Positions 13,103-24,120 of a stretch of 64,000 nt of DNA are shown one piece after another (the stretch's first letter is position 1; every line of letters begins with the position of its first letter). Both the position numbers and the translations under genes were made by a program. The notes under the pieces were generated by a model that made no database searches, had not been told where the DNA came from, and saw only the letters and a list, made by a program, of their open reading frames with translations. Origin of the DNA: Octopus sinensis. Its lineage: Eukaryota. Where the stretch lies: positions 87,482,001 to 87,546,000 of the forward strand of contig NC_043001.1 in assembly GCF_006345805.1 (NCBI RefSeq). The letters run 5' to 3'.

Positions 13103-14437
13103 GTAGATATATTTCACCTCTACACAGAGCTATAGAGCTTGTCCAACAAACCATTGCACAAACAGTTCTGACACAAACTTTTAGCAATAAACATGATTAC
13201 TCTTCTCATTTGTACAATTTTCTATTCATCTCAATGTTGATGAGGTAATACATTAATTTCTTATTATTACACCTGGGGCCATCACATAACTTTTCTAAAG
13301 AGCTTTCAAGCATTAGGTATTTTGATTTTTAGATAATTTGAATTCAGCTTTGTCACTTTTTGTTTTCTATTCAACCATATGAAATGCTCTCATTGGATTA
13401 CCCTAGGCCGACAGTTCAAATCCACTGGTGACATATTGTCATATTTGTGGGAAAAATACTGTACTATAGATCACCCTAGTTCACTAAGCTATAAATAAGT
13501 AGCAGATCAGTTTGTGAGTGTTTTTGTGATAGATAAGATTTTTATCTAGGGTAGATTATTTTTTACTTATTGTACATTAACCAAAGCTTTGTGAGTGGAT
13601 TTGGTAGACAGGAACTGATGGATGCTTGTCATATATACATATTGTGTATGTGTGTGTTACTGTCTTCTTGCCTTGACATTGCATGATGGCTGGAAATGAA
13701 TATCACTCATGGAAATGGTGTCCTTCATTCCAAATCTTTCAGGAAAGCATGTTTGATCATGGTGAGATATTACCTTACTTGAGTGCAGATGACTGGTTGC
13801 AAGAAGGGCATCCTGCCATAGAAAAATCTGCCTCAACAAAATCCACCTGATCCATGCAAACATGGAAAAGTGGATGTTAAAACGACGATGATAATGTCCA
13901 CTATGAAGAACCAACCCATAAGAAGTGTTCAGTCGAGGTTTAGGAGATAGTTATCTCACATTCTTGCTGATGACAGCAGTTGTCTGGACTTCCAAGTAGT
14001 ACCTGTTTGCAGCTGGGTGAAATAGGGAATCTAAAAGTACAGTATTTGAAACATAACCATAGTCAACTGTTAGAGATGGGATGTAAGCCAGTGGCCCTTT
14101 TTGTTCATCATCCAACATCTAACTGATTATAGTAAAGGCAAAAAACATAAATTGAAAGAAATCGATAACAGGAGAAACTTTTATTTTTAAATGTTTGTAA
14201 GAATTTACAATTAGCATAATAATTCAAATAATACTGATGGAGATGAGAGAAAGTTGTTAAAGAGTGGGAAATAATGTTTTAATTAGAAAGCAAATTAGAA
14301 AAAAAGCTTGGTCTCTAGAGTACAGGAAAAGTGAGTCTGAAATTCATACCTTCCTGAAGAGTGTCTGTGCAACATCAAGTTTTTTGATTTTTCAAATGGA
14401 AATCAAAACTCAACTCAATAACAGTATAGGAAATGTA

Positions 14438-14479
<42 letters not shown>

Positions 14480-14656
14480 GAAGAGTGGAGTTTATGGCAT
14501 TACATTTCCACGGTTTACAATTGCTTCAACAACTTGCAAGTGACCTATGAAACAGCATGTCTAGGAACATAGATGCTAATAAAAATTTAGTCATGCATAT
14601 TATATAATGAATATTACACAATGGCACCAGCAGTTATCAATGATAACTGATCAAAG

Positions 14657-14723
<67 letters not shown>

Positions 14724-14878
14724 CGAGCACAAATTAAAGGTTACAAACCTCATTCAGGGATAGCAAAATCCTATGAAATTATCTATACAAAGTATTGAAC
14801 ATTATATTTAATACTCAACTGCAAGGTAACTATATAAACCATGGATGAGAGAACAGAGAGGTAATAAATTATTATTTA

Positions 14879-15722
14879 CTAGCAGAATTGCCCGGCGTTG
14901 CTCGGGGCTGAATTGCTTGAAAGTACTGTTAATGATTGCACTGAATTATGATGATTATTCAGGCAAATATTGATATAAATTTACGGTGGGAGATAAGGAC
15001 TTAACGATCAAACGTATGCCATTGCATTGTTTTGGGGGAACCAAATTTCTGATGAGCATTATAGGGGCACCAACTTTAAGTTTGAGAAAGTGTGGTGGTA
15101 GTCCGGGGTGCTCAAAGGAATTGAGTACCTCTATTGGATAGTTGATGACGTCCTCTGGGTCAGGAGTTGTATCGATAGACTGATATACATAGACTTCCCC
15201 AGGAATGAGTTTTAGCATTTCATCATTAATATGGTGAACAGTTTTATTCCTCGGGGCCAGTATAGCCTGTTTGCCAATCCAATCCATATTCTGATAATTA
15301 GCTTGTAGATCTGGGAACACTGCATCTCTGAGATCAGAAGGCGTCTTAACAATGGTACAAATGGAATCGATGGCAATATTACCATTTTCATCCCCCGGTA
15401 TTTTGCCTTCGCCAAGTTCAAGGAGGGTGTGAGGAAATGATGCTGATGTGATATTACGTCGCATATGAGCACACATATTGGTGTGAAGTTTGAGAGTTAC
15501 TTCCCTTTATTAAAAAAAATATGCATTAAAATGGAAAAAAATGATGGTAAATTATTTGTAAAATCATAGACTCATCGTAGACGCGCGCTAATACCCAGAA
15601 GGGCTCGATATGAATCACGACTATAAGATACCCGGTTTTGGTTAAACTGCATCGCAAAATGTGGGAGTAGTTAGGAATCTAAATCGGAGTAGACAGACAC
15701 ACAACCTTTCTTTTATATATAA
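14879..15722 (-). mobile_element. Internally deleted Helitron (family A) retaining a PIF1-helicase fragment
   Basis: CTAG 3' end at 14879-14882 with CCCGAGCAACGCCGGG hairpin; ends homologous to 272-666. Confidence 0.9.
14955..15476 (-). pseudogene. Helitron RepHel PIF1-family helicase fragment
   Basis: LLELGEG...AILAPRN...NYPIEVLNS...GLPPHFLKLKVGAPIMLIRNL...CNGIRL, typical of the Helitron/PIF1 C-terminal half. Confidence 0.9.
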
Positions 15723-15725
15723 ATA

Positions 15726-16407
15726 TTTTCGTCCTAAAAAACTTTGTATGGATTGAATGGTTACCTCTATGGAAATATATACACGCACATTATACATACA
15801 TGTGTGTATAGATGAATATATAAATACATTTAAATATCTATATACACTTTTGGGCGATCTTTCTGTTTCTTAGAGATAACTTTAGATCTTATTTTCGTCC
15901 TAAAAAACTTTGTATGGAGTGAATGGTTACCTCTATGGAAATATATACACACACGTTATACATACATGTGTGCATAGATGAATATATAAATACATTTATA
16001 TATCTATATACACTTTTGGGCGATCTTTGTGTTACTTAGAGATAACTTTAGATCTTATTTTCGTCCTAAAAAACTTTGTGCGGAGTGAATGGTTACGTCT
16101 ATGGAAATATATACACACACATTATACATACATCTGTGTATAGATGAATATATAAATACATTTAAATATCTATATACACTTTTGGGCGATCTTTCTGCTA
16201 CTTGTATATACTTTAGATCTTATATTCGTCCTAAAAAACTTTGTATGGAGTGAAAGGTTACCTCTATGGAAATATATACACACACGTTATACATACATCT
16301 GTGTATAGATGAATATATAAATACATTTAAATATCTATATACACTTTCGGGCGATCTTTCTGCTACTTGGATATACTTTAGGTCTTATATTCGTCCTAAA
16401 AAACTTT
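15726..16407. repeat. 165-166-bp tandem repeat, about 4.1 copies
   Basis: The CGTCCTAAAAAACTTT anchor recurs at 15730, 15896, 16062, 16227 and 16392. Confidence 0.95.
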
Positions 16408-17141
16408 CCTGTCACACACTCACGCACACGCACACACACACAGACACACACGCACCCTCTCACACACACACACACTCACACACACGCACGCACACACACA
16501 CACACGTTAGCTTACAATTTTATTTATATATTTGCGTGTCAATGTGTGTAAAGAGGAAGTGGGAATGCAGAGTGAAAGAGTCAGTCACTACAAAAAGTGA
16601 ATTACTTTCACTTTATTCGTTGCACACTGTGTGTGTGCGTGTGCGTGTGCTGTAGCCCACACTAAGAAAAGCATTTGACTTATACACCACAATGTGAGTT
16701 TTCTCTAAATTTTGCTTAATTGGGGTTGAAATTTTAAAAAGTGGATCTGGCAAGACCCGATGCATTCTACTCTTAAAAATGCTAGGTAAATTGTAATTGA
16801 AGAAATCCTATATTGTAGATTTCTATAAGAGACAAAGGGAGGCAGATAAAATCTGCCTTTTATAATAAGAGATTGATTAAAAAATTGACAAACATCACTA
16901 ACAGCTGTTTCAGTTCAGACCATCAGAAAATTAATCAATTAAATTAAAAATTACGTGAAAGCTGAATCTCTTCAGAAGTAGATAGAGATATACAAAATAG
17001 GTGTTCAATTTCCCTATGTTGAGTAAACGGCTTCATGGTGAACTATTTTTTAAAATAATGATTCTACTATTAATGGAGCAGTATATATATGTGTGTGTGA
17101 ATGTTCTGTCTGGGGGTCTCTATCTGAAAATTTAGCTTACA

Positions 17142-17147
17142 TTTATT
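17142..17147 (-). promoter_or_regulatory. Candidate polyadenylation signal of the gelsolin-like gene
   Basis: AATAAA on the minus strand about 370 nt downstream of the stop codon at 17515-17517. Confidence 0.35.
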
Positions 17148-17514
17148 CTCACTGCATGGCTGAGCAGTTGGTATTAAAAGAGGACATGCAAATGTAAATA
17201 CAGTTGCTCTGACATTTCTTGGGGCATTATGCTGAATCTCTAAGTTCAGCTTGTTGCTGGTCCCAGTAAATCTAGCTGGAAATACATCTGATGCTAGAGT
17301 AAAGTGGTTAGCAGTAACAAGAAGCACACAATGCTGGTTATATATAAAAGAAGGCATTTCTGATGTTAGTGTTCTGGGGTACTATATAAAATTGTGAATT
17401 TTAAAAGGGTAAAAGAAAGGTTGGGGGTGGGTATAATATGTAAAATACTGAAAATAATAAAAAATAGAAAAGGTTCTTTCCATATTGACAGGATATGGAT
17501 CAATCTGTGTTGAT

Positions 17515-17610
17515 TTAGGCAGCAATAGCTAATATTAGCTTGCAGTTATCTTTACCTTCCAGCAGGCGGATGACTGGCAGCTGGCTGTTGGGTTTGTTCA
17601 TCAGGTAATC
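17515..17610 (-). CDS. Gelsolin-like protein, terminal coding exon
   Basis: Acceptor tttatttattttttatttag|GAT; encodes DYLMNKPNSQLPVIRLLEGKDNCKLILAIAA*. Matches the C-terminus of three-domain invertebrate gelsolin-like proteins and is in phase 0 with the exon at 20207-20302. Confidence 0.85.
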   Translation of the reverse strand, partial: DYLMNKPNSQLPVIRLLEGKDNCKLILAIAA

Positions 17611-17804
17611 CTAAATAAAAAATAAATAAATAGAATAAAAGTAGGACTACATCAAATGTACTCCCCAAACTCCTAAGCTATAACTTGATTAAAAGAAATA
17701 TTTCACCCAATATTACTAATTTTTCTTCTCAATATATTGTTAATGTTTGAATGTACATTACAATATTAAGTGTTTTGTTTTGTTGCTATAATGAACTTGA
17801 GAAT

Positions 17805-18432
17805 ATATATCTATCTGAGGCTTTATATAGCTATGGTACAGCCTCACCTGGAATTTGCATCACCGGTCGGGAACCCCTATCTTGCCCAGGATATTAATCA
17901 TCTGGAAACCGTTCAGCAATGTGCAACAAAGAGAATACCTTCCATCAGGTATTTGCCATATTCTGAACGCCTTACTTCCCTGGGTATGGATACATTAAAA
18001 CTCTGATGTCTGGCAGCTGACTTGGCAGAAACCCATAGAATTATTAACCATCTTACTAACAATAACTCTGAGCACCTTTTCAAACTCCACCTGTCTAACA
18101 CCCATGGAGATGTTTACAAAGTCAGAAAACAGCACAGCTCCCATGACTTTTGGAAACATTTTTTCATGCTAAGAGTTGCTGAAGCATGGAACAAACTGCC
18201 GGCATCAGTTGTTAGTTGTTGGAGTACTGCATCCTTCAAAACTTCCATGCTTTCCGAGGTTCGCCAACACTACACCTGATTTTCTCCCCTCCATACACAC
18301 GCAAGCATGTATCTGACTTACATACTGTTCACTTCCCAGACATTTGTACATTACTGCATCTGCTTTATATGCACTTTTGACAAGTTGTGGTGCACCTGAG
18401 AACTGTATACAATAATTTCATTATTATTATTT
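17805..18432 (+). mobile_element. CR1-like LINE 3' fragment within the last gelsolin intron
   Basis: LYIAMVQPHLEFASPVGNPY...RVAEAWNKLPASVV, then a 3' UTR and (ATT)n tail. Confidence 0.85.
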
Positions 18433-20206
18433 TATAAGCATCTTAGCCAACACTGTATGAAAACAATTGGCTTACAGACATGTTTTATGCTACATTAGAA
18501 CAACAACATGAAACACTTAACAGCCCAGTATATTAATGTTTGAGCTTGCAAAGAAAAATGTTAAAAATACAACTTGGTCTATCCAGTATACTAGATGAGG
18601 ATCTTTTCTTTTTGGCTGCACCTGTGGAAATTTCAAAGTTTAGTGAAAATTTTAAAATTTGGTGTATTGATGTAATTTTCTGTGCTGAATCTCAAGGCAA
18701 ACCCACTTTTTCTCAAAAATTTTTTTAGGCGCAGGAGTGGATGTGTGGTAAGTAGCTTGCTTACCAACCACATAGTTCTGGGCTCAGTTGATTTGCTCGA
18801 CTAAAGGTGGTCTCCAGCATGGCTGCAGTCAAATGACTGAAACAAGTAAAAGACTAAAAGGTTTAAAGTTTGATCATTTTTACCCAGTCAGCAAACAGGA
18901 TTTGGAAGCTGTTGTCAACTGTAAACAAATGATCACCTCATACCTCATGTTTTAAGCATTTAATAAGTGAAAAATGACCGAGTGGGTAAGCAGCTTGGTT
19001 TGTTAGTATGGAAATAGGCATCTATATGGCTAAAAAGCTATCAATTCTTGATCTATGGCGGAAATTAATTTCATGTCAATTATTACCATACCAAACTACA
19101 TCATTACACCAAATATGAAATTAATTCAAACAAAATTTGAAGAAATTGAAAAACACCAGCCAAACAGAAAAGATCCCTAGATGGTTTATAAGCAGTGTGT
19201 TTGGGGATAGTTATAGGAGGTACACAGTTGCTAACAATGATTCCAACAAGAGCTGAAATAGTCATACAACTATCCCTTCTTTTTCTACCTACAAAACATG
19301 TGTCTGCATTATTTACAATCATCATAACATACATTGTAGATTAATAAATCTAAAGACATGTCGTGTGGTACATTACAGCACTAAAACAAAACATTGCTTG
19401 CACTGTTATAAAATACAGTATTGGCTAATAATCCATAATTATGTTCTATAGTATATTATAGAAACGAAATGAAACACTATTAACACACTACTAATTTAGT
19501 GTTTGACCTCGCAGTCAAGAAAGTGTTGAATAGTAAACAGATCTATCAAGTTTACTTTAGCCACTAATATTGGTGGGTTTATAAACAGCATATTCTTGGA
19601 TAGTTAAGGAAAGTGCACAGATGCTGATGAAACTCCAGAGTTAAAATGTGCAGTATAAACAGCTGTTTCTTCTATTTCTGTCAGTGAATATGTTGAGTAT
19701 ATAGATGTAATATTCATGTTAATTGTAACATGCAGTGTTACTTACAGGTATGTTCTATGGTATATTTTAACATGAAATGAAACACTTAGCACACTAGTAA
19801 TTGTTCACTTCAACTTCAACACTTAAAGCTGTTAAATTTAACTTTAACACACAAAGTTATTAGATTCACTTTAAATTTATATTTATTATTACAAGGTGTC
19901 AAAAATTTTCTTGCATAACTAAAACTTGATTACTGACACAGTCCCACAATCACAGTTGTGTGACAAAAATGTTTTAATTTAAACTTAATGTGAATTAACT
20001 TTGTGGACTATTAAATGTGTCTTCCACAATGTAAGTGCTTCAGTTTCAACACACAGTCTCAGATCAAGTCACTTGCTCAGCAGTTACAGCTCAACTTTGA
20101 TAAGTCTCTATATTTTTGTAGAAGGAGAAAATAGGAAAGCTGGCTGTCAGCTTTTCTTGCAGGTTATCAATGGTGTAAATGAAATGTAGTGATTATTTAT
20201 ACTCAC

Positions 20207-20302
20207 ATGAGCATAGGTCATGGCGTTATTCTTTTCTGTAGTTGAAGAATCAAGACCAATCCAAACAATGATTTCATTCTTTGTATCAATGACAAAAACA
20301 TC
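20207..20302 (-). CDS. Gelsolin-like protein, penultimate exon
   Basis: ttttccctccag|GAT...CAT|gtgagt; 96 nt encoding DVFVIDTKNEIIVWIGLDSSTTEKNNAMTYAH, the gelsolin-repeat signature D-x-F-x-x-D...W-x-G...E. Confidence 0.9.
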
Positions 20303-20564
20303 CTGGAGGGAAAATATAAATCTAGCTATTAAAACTGATTTAACACAGATCATCTCTCATCCAGGCCACAGATAATAGAAAGAATATATTAACTACTTGC
20401 CTCCTAATATATTATATGCCAAAGAGGGAGCCTTCTATAGAGTCACCATACATAAAAGAAAACACAGCTAGGTTTTCTTTACTACACATGAGATTTCTTA
20501 AAATGAAATGCTAAATAATACAGTTTGAAATACACAGTGTTAGAATAAAGCATAAAACTATTAC

Positions 20565-20606
20565 GGTCTCAGCTTTGTTGACTGGATCTACAGAATCAAG
20601 GCTGAC
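20565..20606 (-). CDS. Candidate small exon upstream of the gelsolin exon
   Basis: ttgtttctctttag|GTC...ACC|gtaata; 42 nt, phase 0-0, VSLDSVDPVNKAET. An alternative acceptor at 20587 gives a phase 1-0 exon. No clear homology. Confidence 0.25.
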
Positions 20607-21108
20607 CTAAAGAGAAACAACTACTAGACATACTGTACACATTGTATTATCATAGACCCTAGATACCATATATGTTATATTAGTTGATGGAAACTGAAAT
20701 TATATATACATAATTGTATATGTATGTATATGAATGCATGTGTCTTTGTGAGTACCCTTGTCTTGACAACAAGTGGTGGCTGTAAATGAGCCTCACTGTC
20801 ATACAAGTTCATTTCCAGTCTTCCATTGAAAACATCTCTGGCTACAAGGAAATATAACTTGGTTTGGAAACAGGTAAGGATTGGTGACAAGAAAGCATCT
20901 GGCTGCAAAAAAATCCATATCAACAAATCCAGTCTGACCCATGAAAGTATGGGAAGGTTGATGTTAAATGATGATGATGATGATAGTGGTGCTGAGGTTG
21001 TTGTTTCCTAGATACCTTATATACATTATATTATTATACCCTAGAAGTCTTACATACCAGTTGTGTACATCATATATTAGACTCTAGATATCATATGTAC
21101 AAGTAATG

Positions 21109-21950
21109 GCATTGGGACATCCCATAAATAATGCGTTTTTTTTTCATACTTTTATTTTTCAAAATAAAGTGTGTTAAATTATAAGGCACCAAAAGAGAAT
21201 GACTCGCCCCAAACACAACAGAATATGCTTCAACACACAAACTCACATAAAGAATCTTGCAAACCAAATCCAAAAACGAGAAGTAAAAAATGTCCTTTTT
21301 TAATCTAAAATATACTCTCCTTAATTTTCTACAATGCTCTTCCTGGTAGCCTTGCAAGGCCCCTCTTCCAAAATTCACTTGTCAGTTATGAAAAATACTC
21401 CTTCAGTACTGTTCTGACCTCATTTACAGAATTCATATTTTTTCCATCAAAATGATTTTGAAGACTGCAGGCAGAATAAATGATAATCAGATAGGGCAAT
21501 GTCCAACAAATATGGTGGGTGGGGCACTGTTTCCGATTCAAACTGCTCCAGCCTTTGGAATGTCGTCCACACTGTATGTGGCTAAGCATTATCCTGGTGG
21601 AAGAATACCTTGAAACAAAAGTGAGTTGTTTTTCTTCTAGAGTTGGTGTCGATGAATGGTTGAATGATCAAATCCAAGCGTCTCTGCAAGTTCCTCACCA
21701 GTTATGATGGAATTTTGTTCCACCAGGGTTTGCAGGACATCCTTGTTGAGTTCCATAGATCTTCCAGGATGAAGCTCGTCTTCTTGGCTGTAGTTTCCGG
21801 CTCAGAATTTCTGGAGCCACTGTTGACACAGGCTTACACTTATTGTCTGATCCCCATATACTGCATTAATATTCCTCGCACTTTCCATTGTTTTGTTGCC
21901 TTTATTAAACTCATAAAGCAAAAAGAATGAAATGTCCAATTTTGAACAGA
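21109..21950 (-). mobile_element. Internally deleted mariner relic
   Basis: Minus-strand transposase N-terminus EFNKGNKTMESARNINAVYG...LVEQNSIITGEELAETLGFDHSTIHRH; TIR-like end near 21109. Boundaries approximate. Confidence 0.75.
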
Positions 21951-23131
21951 AAGTTTATTTTAGTTCATCTCAACAAAAAGCAATGCAGTCAATCAAAGTA
22001 TGCACCTAAATTATTGACACAATTTTGCCATTTTATCAGCAGCTTATTTATGACAGCAGCAAAGAATTCTGGAGAGCAAGAGGTGATGAAATCGCAATAG
22101 ATATTTTTGCATCTTCTTCAGGTTTGAAGTTTTTTCCTTGCAAAAAGTTGTCTAAAGCCTGGAAAATATGGTAATCAGTTGGTGCAAAGTCTGGTGAATA
22201 TGGTGGATGACAGAGTACTTTCAAGTTCAGTTCTTGTAATTTGAGTAGCGTTCTTTGTGCAACATGTGGTCGAGCATGTTTTACAAGAGACTTGGCCTGT
22301 CTCTATTGAATAATCTCAGTTGTTTAATTGCAAACACATTCATTATTTCATCCACTTGGTTGATGTATACATCGACTGTAATTGACTTACCAGGTCTCAT
22401 GAAGCTGTAATGGCTGACACCAGTGCTAGACCATCAAATAGACAATCGATTTTTGTGGTGAATATTCTTTTTTTGATTGTGATTTGGCACTTTGTCTCTA
22501 TCCAACCACTGTGCAGAACACTTGCTATTGTTGAAAAGAATCCATTTTCCATCACACAAAACAATATGATGCAAAAATGGTTCGCTTTTATGCTGTGACA
22601 GCAAAGAACTGCAAGTTTCAAGATGACGTGTCATTTGATGCTCATTCAGTTGGTGTGGTACCTACTTGTCCAGCTTCTTTACCTTGCTGATTTATTTCAG
22701 ATGGTCCAGTACAGTTGGAATCAAAACATCGAACCTTGCTGCTAACTCATGCATAGTTTGAGATGTATCCACCTCCACTACAGGTCCCACGAGGCTGATT
22801 TTCAAGAGTAAAGTCACTAGACTGGAACTTCTCAGCCCATCAACATACAGTCCACTCATTTGCCACATCTTCACCAAACACCCTATTGATGTTTTTAGTT
22901 GTCTGTGATGCATTGGTTTCACAACGGAACTCATATTCATAAACAACACAAATTTTTTATTTATCCATGGGTTCACAAAAATTGATTTACAAGAGAAAAC
23001 CTATGAATTGCATTTTGAAAAGTGATGATGTAACTCTTCAATGTTGTAAAACAAAGAATTGTCATTAAAGTTAGTGACTGTCAAACTTGGTACATAAGAA
23101 AATCAGACATTTCATTCTTAATGACCTGATA
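21950..23131 (-). mobile_element. Degraded mariner transposon
   Basis: Fragments ...EPFLHHIVLCDGKWILFNN... and ...TMHELAARFDVLIPTVLDHLK; TIR-like end tatcaggtcattaagaatgaaatgtctgatt. Confidence 0.8.
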
Positions 23132-23268
23132 GTAAACCTCGCTGAGTGTTTAATTTTACTTCTCATCAACTATCTAATCTTAAATACACAAATCCTACAT
23201 GAACCATCAACATAAATTAACAAATTAATACCAAAACAAAAGTAATTATCAAAGTAATGTATACATAC

Positions 23269-23423
23269 ATGTAACATATTCAGTATCATCAGGTCTGATA
23301 ATATCTGTAGTTACACCATTTTGGCTATTAACTTTAGGTAGAAGAGCGATGTATATCACCGCAGTCAAATACTTCAAGCAAATCACCTTCTCCATCTTCT
23401 TCATTGTCATCATCAGTACCTTT
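23269..23423 (-). CDS. Candidate host exon with a signal-peptide-like segment
   Basis: tgttgtttgcag|AAAG...ACAT|gtatgt; 155 nt, open in phase 2-1: KVLMMTMKKMEKVICLKYLTAVIYIALLPKVNSQNGVTTDIIRPDDTEYVT. A TE-free island between mariner relics; no recognised homology. Confidence 0.35.
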
Positions 23424-23574
23424 CTGCAAACAACAGCAGTCACATTGCAAAGATTGTAAAAAACATAAAAGTGAAAAAAAAGAGATGAGGATCCTGGCTT
23501 TCACCTAGATTCAATTTGCACCATGGGAACAACAAGTTGAAACATGGCTATGTGGTTAAAAAGTTTACTTACCA

Positions 23575-23914
23575 AGCTACAGTTCAAAAGTTGCAAAGCC
23601 TGAATTATGAGATTTTGCAACATCCTCCTCTTTCACTGATCTCTCTCCTACTGATCATCACTTATTTAAGCATTTTGAGCTTTTCATAAGCAATAAAATA
23701 TTATTAAATAGAGAAGAGGTAATTGAAGTATTCGGACAATTTATCACAGCAAAAGATGAATTTCTTTTTAAAGATGGAATATATGACATAGAGAAACGTT
23801 GGGTAAATGTCATAAATGAACATGGATCATACTTTGATTAAATAAATCAGTTCTCTAACACTTCTGAAACATTTTATTGTTACCTTTCAAATACGATATT
23901 TCATGTGAAACAAC

Positions 23915-23918
<4 letters not shown>
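23575..23918 (+). mobile_element. Mariner 3' fragment
   Basis: QKLQSLNYEILQHPP...DLSPTDHHLFKHF...KRWVNVINEHGSYFD*, then a TIR ending tgaaacaacctaata. Confidence 0.85.
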
Positions 23919-23959
<41 letters not shown>

Positions 23960-24120
23960 TATATAATATATATATATATATAATATATATTATATATATT
24001 ATATATATTATGTATTAGTTTCTTGTATTAGTTTCCTTAAGGAGTTGGTTTGTAAAACCAATGCATTCATAAACCGGATAAGATGGCTCATTTTTCTTCC
24101 ACGAGAACGAAGATCTAAAA

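Noticed and set aside
19104-19334. 76-aa minus-strand ORF with an acceptor-like site inside the gelsolin intron
   Set aside because: No recognisable domain; incompatible with the phase-0 gelsolin exons on either side.
19615-19660. CTGATGA-AACTCCAGAGTT-AAAA, hammerhead-like
   Set aside because: GAAA is absent (AAAA), and there is no stem I or cleavage triplet in a valid topology.
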